Below are positions 33,184-43,382 of a stretch of DNA of 62,535 bases, piece by piece. Location of the stretch: IMG/VR virus record IMGVR_UViG_3300009508_000004. One strand, given 5' to 3'. How positions within the stretch are numbered: position 1 is the stretch's first letter; the number at the start of each line of letters is the position of its first letter. Below the pieces are notes generated by a model. The model was not told where the DNA came from. It saw nothing but the letters and a program-made list of their open reading frames with translations, and ran no database searches. The position numbers were made by a program, and so were the translations under genes. The stretch is from a virus.

Positions 33184-33200
33184 ATTATATAATTGGATTA

Positions 33201-34346
33201 TTAGTTATCTAAAATGTCTTTTGCTTCTTCAAGAGTGTAAATAACACCATCAATATAATAATGGTCGCCCTGTAATTGGCTAATCATTTCCTTTTTATCT
33301 TCGGGAGCAAATCGGACATCAACTTTTTGCACTACTTTACCACTAATCTTTTGAGGTGTTTGCGGATATTTATCTACGTCAGCCCATCTTTCAGCGTAGT
33401 CTTTACCACCTTTTGGGCTTGATGGGGTGCTACTTGGATTGTTTCTTTTTTTACGCTTTCTTTCTTTTTCAGCATAACCTTCATTAGCAACTTGTGTTAA
33501 AGCACCCATTATAGCGTCTTTAACCTGCATACGCGTACCAGCTACATCTTCAGGATTGTAAGCAATCCCGCTTAAATCAATACCGTTACCCGCAAAGTCC
33601 CCCGCTAATATAGATTTTATAGTATCAGGGTTTGCAAGCATAGCTTCAACCTGTGTGCCTAAAAGCTGTGCTTTAGTTCCGTCAAGCTTTTGACCAGTGT
33701 TGAAAATTTGATTTGTAGTTTCCAAAAGACTATTCATTGTTTTATAGTCTTTCATCATAGGCTCTTTATAATCTTTATAAGACTGAGCTACACCGTCAAC
33801 CTCAAACATTATATGACCACCGTCTGCTACAGTAAAATTTGCAGGCACTTCAGGGTCTAAGCCGTAAAGCGATGCTGCAGCTTGTATTTCACTGCCGCTT
33901 GCCGCATTAGAGTAAAGATCAGCTTTGTGAGTTTCAGCATAGCTTACTTTAGCCTCTTTATAAGCCTTTACTTCTTCAGACAAATTAACAAAGCTACGGT
34001 TCACGCCGTTCATTATATCAACGTAATGTTGGTACTCAGGTGATGAAGCATCGTCAATCTTAGCAATCTCGTTTGCAGCATTAGCATATATAGAACGTTG
34101 CGAAACTAAAAAGCCTCGCATTGCCGATGTCTGTTCTGGGCTAAGCCCGTCTAAGTCAATGTCAGACTTAAGGTTATCTATATACCCGTTTACTCGCGAC
34201 TTTGTAGCCTGCTTACGTTCTCTTTCTTTTATGTAGAAGTTTTCACCCTGTACTGGGTTGGGTACATTAATAGCCTCTGCATAATTTACAAAGCCTTCAG
34301 ATTTGCCTACGAAGCCAGCACCTTTTATTAAATCACTATTTGCCAT
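33201..34346 (-). CDS. Internal virion protein candidate (381 aa)
   Basis: Synteny (gp15-like slot). The N-terminus DLIKGAGFVGKSEGFVNYAEAI is homologous to aa 41-62 of 52367..52735. Confidence 0.45.
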   Translation of the reverse strand: MANSDLIKGAGFVGKSEGFVNYAEAINVPNPVQGENFYIKERERKQATKSRVNGYIDNLKSDIDLDGLSPEQTSAMRGFLVSQRSIYANAANEIAKIDDASSPEYQHYVDIMNGVNRSFVNLSEEVKAYKEAKVSYAETHKADLYSNAASGSEIQAAASLYGLDPEVPANFTVADGGHIMFEVDGVAQSYKDYKEPMMKDYKTMNSLLETTNQIFNTGQKLDGTKAQLLGTQVEAMLANPDTIKSILAGDFAGNGIDLSGIAYNPEDVAGTRMQVKDAIMGALTQVANEGYAEKERKRKKRNNPSSTPSSPKGGKDYAERWADVDKYPQTPQKISGKVVQKVDVRFAPEDKKEMISQLQGDHYYIDGVIYTLEEAKDILDN

Positions 34347-34350
34347 AATA

Positions 34351-35010
34351 TTATTTAAACAAATTGCCTACAAAACCGGCAACTCCTTCACCACCTGCTG
34401 CCATAGCGCCTCCAGCAGCAAAAGCAGGATTTGCTTTAAGACCAGCAGCAGCGATTTGACCAACGCCACCCACGAGAGCTTGTGTAGCTTCTTGACGTGC
34501 TAAGTTAGCGGCGCCAAGTCTTTGCTGGCTCATTCCTAATTCAGTTTCTGATTGCTCTCTTTCTAAAGATCTTGAAATCATATCGCCTTCGCGTTCCATA
34601 GATTGCAATTGACCAGCCATTTGAGCTTGTGCTTTTTGATTACCCGCTTCTTGTCTAGCTATATCAGCAGAAGCGCTTTGAGCATTCTGTGATTGCTGTC
34701 CGGCCATTGCTTGTGCTAATGCAGCAATACCACTCCCGCCAGCAGCGCCTTTCATGCTTTGCATAGTATTAGCCATACCTTGAGCTTGTTGCTGCGCTGC
34801 AAAGTCGGCTGCTTGAGTGTTTACGGTTAAATCCTCATAAACATTCTCCATATTAGCATATGGGTTTGATAGATCCTGGGACTGGTATCTTGTCATGTTC
34901 TGATCAAACTGAGCTTGGGCATTTTTTTGCTCTTGCTTTCTTTGCTTATGACCTATAATACCGGAAGCAATTCCTACGCCTCCTTGGATCACGCTGTCTA
35001 TTAAAGCCAT
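34351..35010 (-). CDS. Gln/Ala/Gly-rich internal virion protein candidate (219 aa)
   Basis: Hydrophobic Gly-rich termini and a Q/A-rich core. gp14-like slot. Confidence 0.45.
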   Translation of the reverse strand: MALIDSVIQGGVGIASGIIGHKQRKQEQKNAQAQFDQNMTRYQSQDLSNPYANMENVYEDLTVNTQAADFAAQQQAQGMANTMQSMKGAAGGSGIAALAQAMAGQQSQNAQSASADIARQEAGNQKAQAQMAGQLQSMEREGDMISRSLEREQSETELGMSQQRLGAANLARQEATQALVGGVGQIAAAGLKANPAFAAGGAMAAGGEGVAGFVGNLFK

Positions 35011-35048
35011 TCGTATTATATTAAGTTATTATTCATTATTACGTATTA

Positions 35049-38000
35049 TTAGCTGCTGATAAACACCTCAGAGTTAACAGCAAAGAGCTCTTTCTTATCT
35101 GAGCTAGTTGTTTTCATTACAGTTTCCGCATAGTACCCAATAATACCTGATGTGTTCTTTTCTGAGTCTTTAGCAAACAGTACAAAGTCTGAAGCAGTAG
35201 GCTCATCACTTGCCCCGTCCCATAAAGCGGTAACTATCTTACCATTTATTAAATGCACTTTGCCTAGTTCCTTTAAAGCATCACCATCACTAGCGTCTGT
35301 AAAAAATATTACATCACCTATTTGTAAAGATACATTTAAATCTTCCGCAAATGTAAGCTCGTATACCTGATTTTGAACACCGCCAATTACTATACTATTG
35401 TCATTAACCGATGAAGGATTGCCTAATCCTTGCACTGAAAACTCTCCAGTATCAATATTTGATAATGTAGTTGCCTTACCTTTAATATAGTTGTAGTGTA
35501 GGTTTTCTTTAGTCTTCCATGCTTCTACTTCCCCATCTTGCTGGTCAGTAAGCACATCAGCTACCCACCCGGCATCGCCTTCGTAAGATAATGTTTTAAA
35601 GTTTTTAATGCTAGAAGGAACGTCGTTAATGATAGGCGTGATTGTAGAATTGTTCTGAGTACCGTAAAAATTAGAACGTGCTGTGTTAGAATGAATCCAT
35701 AGCTCGCCATTTTTAATGGTGTAGTAATCGTTATTCAGTGATATTGCCGCTTCAGGCACAAAAGACAATCTTGATGTCCAACCGTTCACGCCTTCTTTAA
35801 ACGCAACGGATTCGTCACCGCTTAAACTTACATTATAAGAACCCGAAGCTTCGTCATATGAGCCTAAAATAGCCCCTGTGTGTGCTTTAAACTTGTCTTC
35901 AAAGTAATCTGACATGCCTTTGTCTGCGATTTCAGTAATTCCGTCCATTGATAGGCGTATTACCGTGCCTCTTGCTTTATCTGTAAAGTAAGATCTGAAC
36001 CCATATGTAGTAAACGATTCAGGATTTTTAGATATACCAAATTCACCAGCATACGCCATTGTTTGGCCAAGCACATTATTTGTAGATGTAACATTAGGGT
36101 TACCGTCCGCTGTAAATAACGCATCTTTATTAGCTTGTATTCTAAAGCATTTGTCTTCACAAAGAGTCACTAAGTCAGTATCTCTAGCCTTTAAAATTTG
36201 TATGCCACCATATATAGGGTTCAAGTCTTTTGTTATTTTAAGACCTTGAATAAACTGGTTAAGCTCATTTAAGCCACTAGTATTGTTAAATAAACCGCTG
36301 TATATTAAACCTGCCTTACGGCGTTCTTGTTTGTACTCATTTTCTATTACACTAGAAACCTTAACCCCTTTTCCGATACGCTTCGCATTAAAGTCATCAC
36401 GAATTCTATCCGACTCTACACCATTACCAAAAGAGTATACATTGAAGTAATCTAATGTTTGCTCTGTTGAAAGCTGTGCAATTGGTAACGCTTCGGTTGC
36501 TTCATAGTATAATTCTAAATCAACAGCTGGGTTTGGTTCAACTTCAAATATAGCCGGGTTTTCCGTAGGCAGCACGTCGCTGTCTTCATCGAACACTGTT
36601 GGTTGTGTTCTTTTTCTCACCGCTACTCTAACTTGATCAGGGTCTATATCGTCAATAAACGCTGTTTTTAGTACAAAGTTCCAATAATAGCCGTTTTCAT
36701 CATTACCCTGAGTCACACCCCCGGTGCCCTGCCCTCTTACATAAGATCCTTTTGCAACGCTTTCAATTTCGTATAAAGCGCCCCATGAGCCACTGCCTTC
36801 TCTAAATTGTACTACCGCATCAGCAACTGCTTTATTGTTAAACGACTGTAGTCCTGAACCGCCAACAGGGGTAAGAGAATCCCACGGAGCATGCACTATA
36901 CCGAAGTTGTAAGAATTCAAAGTAGGCTTGCCGTAAAGAGTTACACTAGGCTGGGCGTTCGCATGTTCGTCCCAACCTTCTTCTGCCAAAAATATATTGT
37001 CTAAATCAGGATCGTCCGAAATAGTATCGACTAGTACACCTGGATTAGCTGTACCGTCTTGCTCATAGTCACCCGGATTGTTTGTGAAATTGTAAATTAT
37101 GTTTTCATCAAATGCCATGTCTCTGTCAATCTTAACAAAGAATCTTCCTATATATTCAGGTAATCTATCCGTTCTTCTTTCGTGAACCTTTACAGTGTAT
37201 TCACCACCAGACCCTAAAAGATCAAGCCATGAATAAGTTGATAGTTTCTTGTATAAAGTTACTTCATAATGATTATGAGAGTCATTTGTATAGCCCGCGG
37301 TTTCAACTTCATAAAAAGCAGTTTTATTAGCACCCTTTACAAAACGAACATAAACATCTTGGTTTAACGAACTAACAAATTCAGCATTACCCGCATTGGG
37401 AACAGGGCCTTCAAACGTAAAAGTTTTTAAACCCGAAGCAATTGGAGTACCATTAGCCCCTTTGATTGCACCCGCTGAAATTTTAAATTTTCTTTTTGTT
37501 TTTATAGGATCAGGTGCCTCATTGCTAATATCTATAACCTTATATCTAGTAGGCTCATCAACTGGAGTATCAGTATTGTGTTGCTTTTTCAAAATTAAGA
37601 AATCGCCCTCTTGTACCTTATTTCTTTCCGCACTTGGTATAGATAGCCACATAAAGCCATCAGGATCTGCATAGTAGCGGTCTAATGAAACATTGTAATA
37701 TTCATTAGATACTTCTTTTACATAGTATTTAAAGTGTGTTGCCCAGGAAGGGGCATCTTGGCCAGAGTCAACTGTTATTTTATTAACCTTAGAAGCTTTA
37801 TCTATACCTATCTTGGTAGTTGCAGAACTATTAGTAAACACAGGAGTTTCTCTACCGTTTTCATCTACGTAAACAATACCTACTTGGTAATCACGTAAAG
37901 ACTTAACACTTTCTTCAGGGGTTTTAATCGCAGTTATATCAGAAGACTGTAGCCCTACCGTTAAATCAACTTCGTCAATAATGTCGTATTGTTGTACGTA

Positions 38001-39344
38001 GTTACCATATACAATACGGTTACCAATAACTTCTTGTGCCAGAGCTTTTATTGGCACATTATCGTAAGGTCTAAGTATCTGATTAGAATCTACAACATTT
38101 GTTACAACCTCTGAGGTAATAGCAATACTAGTTACAGATGCATCTTTTTCTTCTATTTTATAAATTATATTCTCTGAAGAATCTTTATATAAAATTTGAA
38201 GCTTGTCTACATCAGCAGGTGGTGTTTCAAAGTTGCTTAAAGTAAGCTTACGCAGGTTGTTACGCATGCCTTCATTATAAGCATCGAAAGAACCGTACTC
38301 AAACGTATCTGGTACGAACACTGCATTGGTCCACGGTGAAAAAGCAGATACCTCGCCGTCAATGTACTTCCAGCGGTATGCAAAGCGCGGGAAAGAAAAC
38401 TCAAACATAGGTGGGTCTTCTTGCAGTTCACACTCCCAAGTTATCTCTAGATCAGGCATATCAGAAGATATAGAAAGTATAGTACCTGTTACGTTCTTTA
38501 ACGCCGCTCCAGTAATGCTGGTTACTTTAACTCTTACCTGATACTTATCATTAAGGTTTCTTTCATTATTAAACTCAAAACCCGTAAGTGTTATAATGTC
38601 ATTAGCCTGCCAATTTGGCGCTAAGCTAGTTACAAAAGAAACAGAGCTGCCTACTTCCCTTGGAACTTTTACAGCATTATAAGTTTCTGTAAAGTTTTTA
38701 GGGGTTGTAACTCTGTTTATACCAACACCATTACCTGTTCTTGTAGAAGATGCAGCGGTATAATGTAATCTTTCGTTTGGCTTTTTCTTTATTACAGTAA
38801 TATCCGATGCAATAAAATTTCTGCTATACACCTGCGTATGAGTGTTTATACTCGTTCCACTTTGTGTGCTACCAGTTTTAAATCTTGATATTAATATTTT
38901 TCTAGGCTCGTTTAAATTGTCAGTCCAACATAATAAACCTTCAAAAACATTTACACCAGTTATAAAATTGCTAGTGTTAAAGTTTAATACACTACCAGTA
39001 TCAACCAGTACAGGCGCTACAAACCCAGTTGCTTCATCGTATTCTAAAATAGCATCAACTGAAGTTGAGGTAACAAACCAGTATAACTTGTTATTTTGAG
39101 TATCTCTAGCTGTACCTATACATTGTGCAGAAGTAAAACCAAAGTTTGCATCCCAATTAACAGAAGCTGACTTTTTGTTTAGCTTAGTATTACCTAATAT
39201 GTTCTCAACAGCGCCGACGTCAGAACCTTCAGATGTTGAAACCTGAATGTTTAGAGCGTCACGATATTGGCCATTGGGTACAAGTCTCTCATCGAGATCC
39301 TTGTTCATCTTACCCTGGACAAAGTTGTGTGCTAATTTTGGCAT
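35049..39344 (-). CDS. Large tail (nozzle/tubular-B-like) structural protein (1431 aa)
   Basis: Size and position downstream of the capsid and adaptor-size genes. No enzymatic motif recognised. Confidence 0.45.
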   Translation of the reverse strand: MPKLAHNFVQGKMNKDLDERLVPNGQYRDALNIQVSTSEGSDVGAVENILGNTKLNKKSASVNWDANFGFTSAQCIGTARDTQNNKLYWFVTSTSVDAILEYDEATGFVAPVLVDTGSVLNFNTSNFITGVNVFEGLLCWTDNLNEPRKILISRFKTGSTQSGTSINTHTQVYSRNFIASDITVIKKKPNERLHYTAASSTRTGNGVGINRVTTPKNFTETYNAVKVPREVGSSVSFVTSLAPNWQANDIITLTGFEFNNERNLNDKYQVRVKVTSITGAALKNVTGTILSISSDMPDLEITWECELQEDPPMFEFSFPRFAYRWKYIDGEVSAFSPWTNAVFVPDTFEYGSFDAYNEGMRNNLRKLTLSNFETPPADVDKLQILYKDSSENIIYKIEEKDASVTSIAITSEVVTNVVDSNQILRPYDNVPIKALAQEVIGNRIVYGNYVQQYDIIDEVDLTVGLQSSDITAIKTPEESVKSLRDYQVGIVYVDENGRETPVFTNSSATTKIGIDKASKVNKITVDSGQDAPSWATHFKYYVKEVSNEYYNVSLDRYYADPDGFMWLSIPSAERNKVQEGDFLILKKQHNTDTPVDEPTRYKVIDISNEAPDPIKTKRKFKISAGAIKGANGTPIASGLKTFTFEGPVPNAGNAEFVSSLNQDVYVRFVKGANKTAFYEVETAGYTNDSHNHYEVTLYKKLSTYSWLDLLGSGGEYTVKVHERRTDRLPEYIGRFFVKIDRDMAFDENIIYNFTNNPGDYEQDGTANPGVLVDTISDDPDLDNIFLAEEGWDEHANAQPSVTLYGKPTLNSYNFGIVHAPWDSLTPVGGSGLQSFNNKAVADAVVQFREGSGSWGALYEIESVAKGSYVRGQGTGGVTQGNDENGYYWNFVLKTAFIDDIDPDQVRVAVRKRTQPTVFDEDSDVLPTENPAIFEVEPNPAVDLELYYEATEALPIAQLSTEQTLDYFNVYSFGNGVESDRIRDDFNAKRIGKGVKVSSVIENEYKQERRKAGLIYSGLFNNTSGLNELNQFIQGLKITKDLNPIYGGIQILKARDTDLVTLCEDKCFRIQANKDALFTADGNPNVTSTNNVLGQTMAYAGEFGISKNPESFTTYGFRSYFTDKARGTVIRLSMDGITEIADKGMSDYFEDKFKAHTGAILGSYDEASGSYNVSLSGDESVAFKEGVNGWTSRLSFVPEAAISLNNDYYTIKNGELWIHSNTARSNFYGTQNNSTITPIINDVPSSIKNFKTLSYEGDAGWVADVLTDQQDGEVEAWKTKENLHYNYIKGKATTLSNIDTGEFSVQGLGNPSSVNDNSIVIGGVQNQVYELTFAEDLNVSLQIGDVIFFTDASDGDALKELGKVHLINGKIVTALWDGASDEPTASDFVLFAKDSEKNTSGIIGYYAETVMKTTSSDKKELFAVNSEVFISS

Positions 39345-39347
39345 GTA

Positions 39348-40253
39348 TTAGTGTTTAATCCATTTAGCCTGGTTGCGCATGATTTGAGCAATCTCGCTAA
39401 TCTTAAGGTTAGACATACGGAGTTTTGCAACTCTTTTTGCTGCAAACGCTTCTTTCTTAAAGCGCGCGACTAAATATTCTTGTGTGTTGGCTCTCGTTGC
39501 CAGAATGGCATGAGCTAGATATTTGTAAACAGCTTCTTCTGCAAACTTATGCACTCGCATTTCTTCGTCAGATCCTAAGCTGTCACTGATGTACTTTAAT
39601 GTAACAATTTTATTTACCAAGCTAGAGCTAAAGTGTGCAATACCTTTAAGCTTGTCAATGTAGAACACACCATTACCTTGAGCAAACTCAGGGTTTAAGC
39701 CATAACGTCTACCGTGACGGTAAAGATTAAAGAGTTCACTAGTGCTAAGTTCCGCTTTGTTATTAGCTTCGTGGTTAGACGCTTCGAATTTTTTTAACGT
39801 TTCTGATTTATCAGCATATATTTTATTACCGCTTCCATCAAACGTATATTCGTAATCAGAATCCTGTACAATAGCTTTAGGGTTACTAGAATGGCGTGTA
39901 GGATATATAATGTGTTCTATACCACCTGCATCTGCCCAGCTAAAACGAACGTAATTAACGTAGTCTTGTGGCAAAATCATTTCTAGCGCTGGCCCCAATT
40001 CAATTTCTAAAGCTTTTTCCGAGGGTAATATATCGAAGGAAAGCTCTTGTAAAGCACGCTGAGCATGAAATGCAACATCTGTGCGCTTAATTTTGCTAAT
40101 GATTTTATCTTCTCCAACATAAGCGATGATGAAATTGTTAATGATATCTTTAATGCTTACAAACTGGTAATCACCGTAATTTTCGTCTCCACTGTTCCAG
40201 TTGCCGTCTGCACCTTCATAATAGAGCTTTTGTGTTTGATTAATTAATCCCAT
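39348..40253 (-). CDS. Head-tail adaptor/tail tubular-A-like structural protein candidate (301 aa)
   Basis: Synteny only. Confidence 0.35.
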   Translation of the reverse strand: MGLINQTQKLYYEGADGNWNSGDENYGDYQFVSIKDIINNFIIAYVGEDKIISKIKRTDVAFHAQRALQELSFDILPSEKALEIELGPALEMILPQDYVNYVRFSWADAGGIEHIIYPTRHSSNPKAIVQDSDYEYTFDGSGNKIYADKSETLKKFEASNHEANNKAELSTSELFNLYRHGRRYGLNPEFAQGNGVFYIDKLKGIAHFSSSLVNKIVTLKYISDSLGSDEEMRVHKFAEEAVYKYLAHAILATRANTQEYLVARFKKEAFAAKRVAKLRMSNLKISEIAQIMRNQAKWIKH

Positions 40254-40256
40254 TTA

Positions 40257-40943
40257 TTAAGCTTTTTCTTGTTGTGTGTTCTGCCCTTCCATTTGATTAC
40301 CGATTTGGTAAACCTGAAGTTCTTTGATAGAAAGACCTGCTAGTTGTAATATTTTAAAAACCAGTTCGGTTTCTTCAGAAGCATGCAACTCAAAATCAGT
40401 AGCATTAGAAGCATTATATATAGCTCTACCAGATACTGTATTGTATGCCCATTCAACCGTTGCAGGTACTTTAATATAATTACACGATACTCCTGAAGTT
40501 AATGCCGCCGCGCCATACACCTTATAGCCTGAAGAGTTTGCTACAAATATTGGGCGGGCGTCAGTCGGCTTAGTAAGCGGAGAAGCATTAATATATAGAT
40601 ATTCGTTTGCGTTAATACGCTCAGCTTCGATGCTATTATAAATAATTGTACCTAACCGGTAAAGATCACTAGGGACCGTCCAGTTAGGAGCAGAGTAGGT
40701 CATACTACCATTCTTCTCGAATATGTTGATTTTCTCATTCAAGAGGTTAAGCATGTCAGAGTATTCAGTATCATTACCATGCATTCTACCAAATTGGTTA
40801 ATGTCATAGAAGTACTGCTCAAAAATATCAGACTGTGCTTGGTTTGCAAACAAGTTAAATTCCTGAGGAGTTACGTACCCTCTTTGTTCTTTGTTAAGGA
40901 TAGCCAATACTCTTTGGTATACTGTATCTACGCTTACTGCCAT
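40257..40943 (-). CDS. Head-tail connector/structural protein candidate (228 aa)
   Basis: Synteny only. Confidence 0.35.
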   Translation of the reverse strand: MAVSVDTVYQRVLAILNKEQRGYVTPQEFNLFANQAQSDIFEQYFYDINQFGRMHGNDTEYSDMLNLLNEKINIFEKNGSMTYSAPNWTVPSDLYRLGTIIYNSIEAERINANEYLYINASPLTKPTDARPIFVANSSGYKVYGAAALTSGVSCNYIKVPATVEWAYNTVSGRAIYNASNATDFELHASEETELVFKILQLAGLSIKELQVYQIGNQMEGQNTQQEKA

Positions 40944-41014
40944 TTTGTGTTTGTTTATGTATATTAAGTAATTAGGCCGCTTGTTACAGCAGCCTAATCA
41001 CAAAAAGATATGTA

Positions 41015-41866
41015 TTATAGCTGTTTCTCTACGGCTCGTAATACTTCCATACCCTCATCTGTTTTAAAGTAAGCAGCGAGTGCTGAATATGGATGTTCAT
41101 TAAACGGTACTGTTAACAGCTTTCTTCCGTTACTTGCATATGTAAATGTGCGTTGGTCTTGTGATAGATTCAAAATTCCCGTTTCGGTAGCTTTGATCCC
41201 AATGTTACGCAGCATTACGTTGTCGTCATTAGCCAAGTCTAAGAAGAGACTAGGGTTATTACGCGCAAGTATTAGTAAATCACGTTTTAGTTCTTTAGAA
41301 GACGCGTTAGATACCTGTTGTGAGCCGTATTGAGCTCTTAAAATTGCTTCGGCTTCGTCGATATCCATTGCTTTTGCAACAGTCATCGCTTCTAGCTCTA
41401 GTTCAATCCAGTCAGTTTCGTTTTCTGCGATCTGCTCTGGTTTGTATTCCATAATGCGACCTTGCAGTGTATATGGGTGGTATAAAGAAAGAATTTTTTG
41501 TAAAACTATATTTTCTTTTGGTACCCTCAAAATGCCGTCTCTAAATACGATACGACCTAATGTTGCAGTTCCTTGTTGCTCATCAACGAAAGGGGTACGC
41601 TGGTTAGTTGCATAACGCAATTCACGGTTGTATCCTAATTCTTCATCAAAGTATAATAAAGGAGTGCGGGCTGAATGTACGGTAGGTAATGTAAACGCTA
41701 ATGGCTTACGTCCTGAAGTGATTTCGTACAATCTGTCTTTGATAACCCATGTATCTACAGGTGCAGGTGCTGCGACTGGTGCCGCAACTGTTTCTTCAAC
41801 AACCGCCGGAGCAGGTGCTGTTTTTTTTGCTGCAGGCGTTGCTGCAGGCTTTTTAGCTTGTGCCAT
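41015..41866 (-). CDS. Structural protein with Ala/Pro-rich N-terminus (283 aa); capsid decoration/accessory candidate
   Basis: MAQAKKPAATPAAKKTAPAPAVVEETVAAPVAAPAPV... Immediately downstream of the MCP and flanked by hairpins. Confidence 0.4.
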   Translation of the reverse strand: MAQAKKPAATPAAKKTAPAPAVVEETVAAPVAAPAPVDTWVIKDRLYEITSGRKPLAFTLPTVHSARTPLLYFDEELGYNRELRYATNQRTPFVDEQQGTATLGRIVFRDGILRVPKENIVLQKILSLYHPYTLQGRIMEYKPEQIAENETDWIELELEAMTVAKAMDIDEAEAILRAQYGSQQVSNASSKELKRDLLILARNNPSLFLDLANDDNVMLRNIGIKATETGILNLSQDQRTFTYASNGRKLLTVPFNEHPYSALAAYFKTDEGMEVLRAVEKQL

Positions 41867-41943
41867 GATATAATATAATTAAATAAAGGTAATAATTACC
41901 CCCGCCACAAGGACGAGGGTAATATTATAATAAACTATGCTAA

Positions 41944-43362
41944 TTATGCAGTAGTTTTCTTAAGCATTACGAAGTTGTTCGCAGCTTGAACACAAAGTGC
42001 ACGCTCAGAAAGGAAGTGTACGTTCATTTCATCAGCGTCGCTAGTGTAGTTGCCACCAACAGAACCAGTAACCCAAGACTTCATACGACGATCTTCAGCT
42101 TCAGAAGCGCGGTAACGTACGTGTAAGAACGGACGTGCGATGTTCTGACCTAAGTTTTGGTCGTATACAGTAGAAGTACCAGCAGGAACAATAACACCCT
42201 CTACGTCAGCAATGCTACCGCGAGTTGCAGAATCGTTCAAGTATTTCCAGTCAGTCTTGTAGAAATCGTAAGAACCACGACGGAATCCAGAGAAACCTAA
42301 GTTCAAAGCCATATCCTCAGAGTTGTCGAATACTCCGTAAGAAGTACCACCCGTTCCGTAGCTGTTAGCACGTGCAAGCATGTTATCGATATCTAAAGCA
42401 GTACGACGATCTAAGAACATCATGTTCTCTTCAATAGCACCTTGCTTGTCTAATTCTTGAAGGATAACGTCGAAGTCACCCAAACCAGTCAAACCAGCAG
42501 CGTTATTGAAATCTTGGTCGTTAAATACCAAACCGCGAGACTCTAGAGCCGCAAAGAGACCTTCAGAACCTTCGATCTTAGCAGTGTTACCAAAAGCAGC
42601 AGCTTGAGCGATAGTAGTTTGTGCTTTTTCAGCTTCAACCATGCTCATCTCCAAGTAGTCTTCAAAACGTAGACGAGACTCGTGCTCAGACTTCAAGTAC
42701 CATAAGTAACCAGAAGTACCAGCTTCAGTAGTTACTTCAACCCAACCAATTTGAGCTACATCAGAACCTTTAACATTGTACTTATCACGTAAGATGATAG
42801 GCTTGTTGTCAAAAGTAGTGAAAGAAGCGTCTAGTGAGTTACCAGCACCGCTAGAACCTTTAGTGTACTCAGAACCGTAAACGAATACTTTAGCATCAGT
42901 AGCAGAATCGAATGTGCTGCTCAAGTTTGCATCAGAAGTATCGTAAACAGCGATGTTTACAGTATTACCAGATACAGAAGTAACGTATGCTTTGTGGCTT
43001 ACGTATCCTTTAGATACTACCAAAGTCATACCTGCACCGATCAAGTGACCAGAAGGCATAGTAAGTGCATCACCATCAGCATCAACAGTAATACTGTCGT
43101 ATGCAATGTGAAGACGTCCTTGCTCTTGCCATACTACGCGGTCAGAAGCCATAGGCATTTCTGCACCAACCATGCGCAAGAATCCTGATACTGTACGGTT
43201 TCCGTAGCGCTCTACTTCTTTCTCGTATACCTCAGGAAGGAATTGTTGTGTAAAGTCCATGTCAGCCACAGACAGATAATTGTCACCAAACAAGCCCTTG
43301 ATAGGACGTGGAGTAAGGTGAGCTAAGTTTGCCAGACCAGCTGGCGACGTTGCAAAACTCAT
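41944..43362 (-). CDS. Major capsid protein (472 aa)
   Basis: Portal-scaffold-MCP order, a hairpin immediately after the stop, and codon-optimised looking sequence. The fold was not verified. Confidence 0.65.
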   Translation of the reverse strand: MSFATSPAGLANLAHLTPRPIKGLFGDNYLSVADMDFTQQFLPEVYEKEVERYGNRTVSGFLRMVGAEMPMASDRVVWQEQGRLHIAYDSITVDADGDALTMPSGHLIGAGMTLVVSKGYVSHKAYVTSVSGNTVNIAVYDTSDANLSSTFDSATDAKVFVYGSEYTKGSSGAGNSLDASFTTFDNKPIILRDKYNVKGSDVAQIGWVEVTTEAGTSGYLWYLKSEHESRLRFEDYLEMSMVEAEKAQTTIAQAAAFGNTAKIEGSEGLFAALESRGLVFNDQDFNNAAGLTGLGDFDVILQELDKQGAIEENMMFLDRRTALDIDNMLARANSYGTGGTSYGVFDNSEDMALNLGFSGFRRGSYDFYKTDWKYLNDSATRGSIADVEGVIVPAGTSTVYDQNLGQNIARPFLHVRYRASEAEDRRMKSWVTGSVGGNYTSDADEMNVHFLSERALCVQAANNFVMLKKTTA

Positions 43363-43382
43363 TTCTTATTTGTTTTAATGAA

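Noticed and set aside
33184-33200. TATAAT-like words immediately upstream of many late ATGs (for example ccaattatataatATG at 33184..33200, cttaatataatacgaATG at 35011..35028, ttaattaatataatATG at 1855..1871) as late promoters
   Set aside because: They lie too close to the start codon (0-7 nt) to serve as -10 elements for those genes. They more likely reflect the AT-rich, SD-less translation initiation context of the presumed Bacteroidetes host.
36999-37016. DPDLD (DxDxD) in the 1431-aa protein as a possible RNAP catalytic Mg-binding loop; also a scan of the 2810-aa protein for NADFDGD-like motifs
   Set aside because: About one DxDxD is expected by chance in ~4200 residues. The context shows no double-psi beta-barrel signature that I can recognise, and there is none at all in the giant protein. 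This is left as a profile-search suggestion only.
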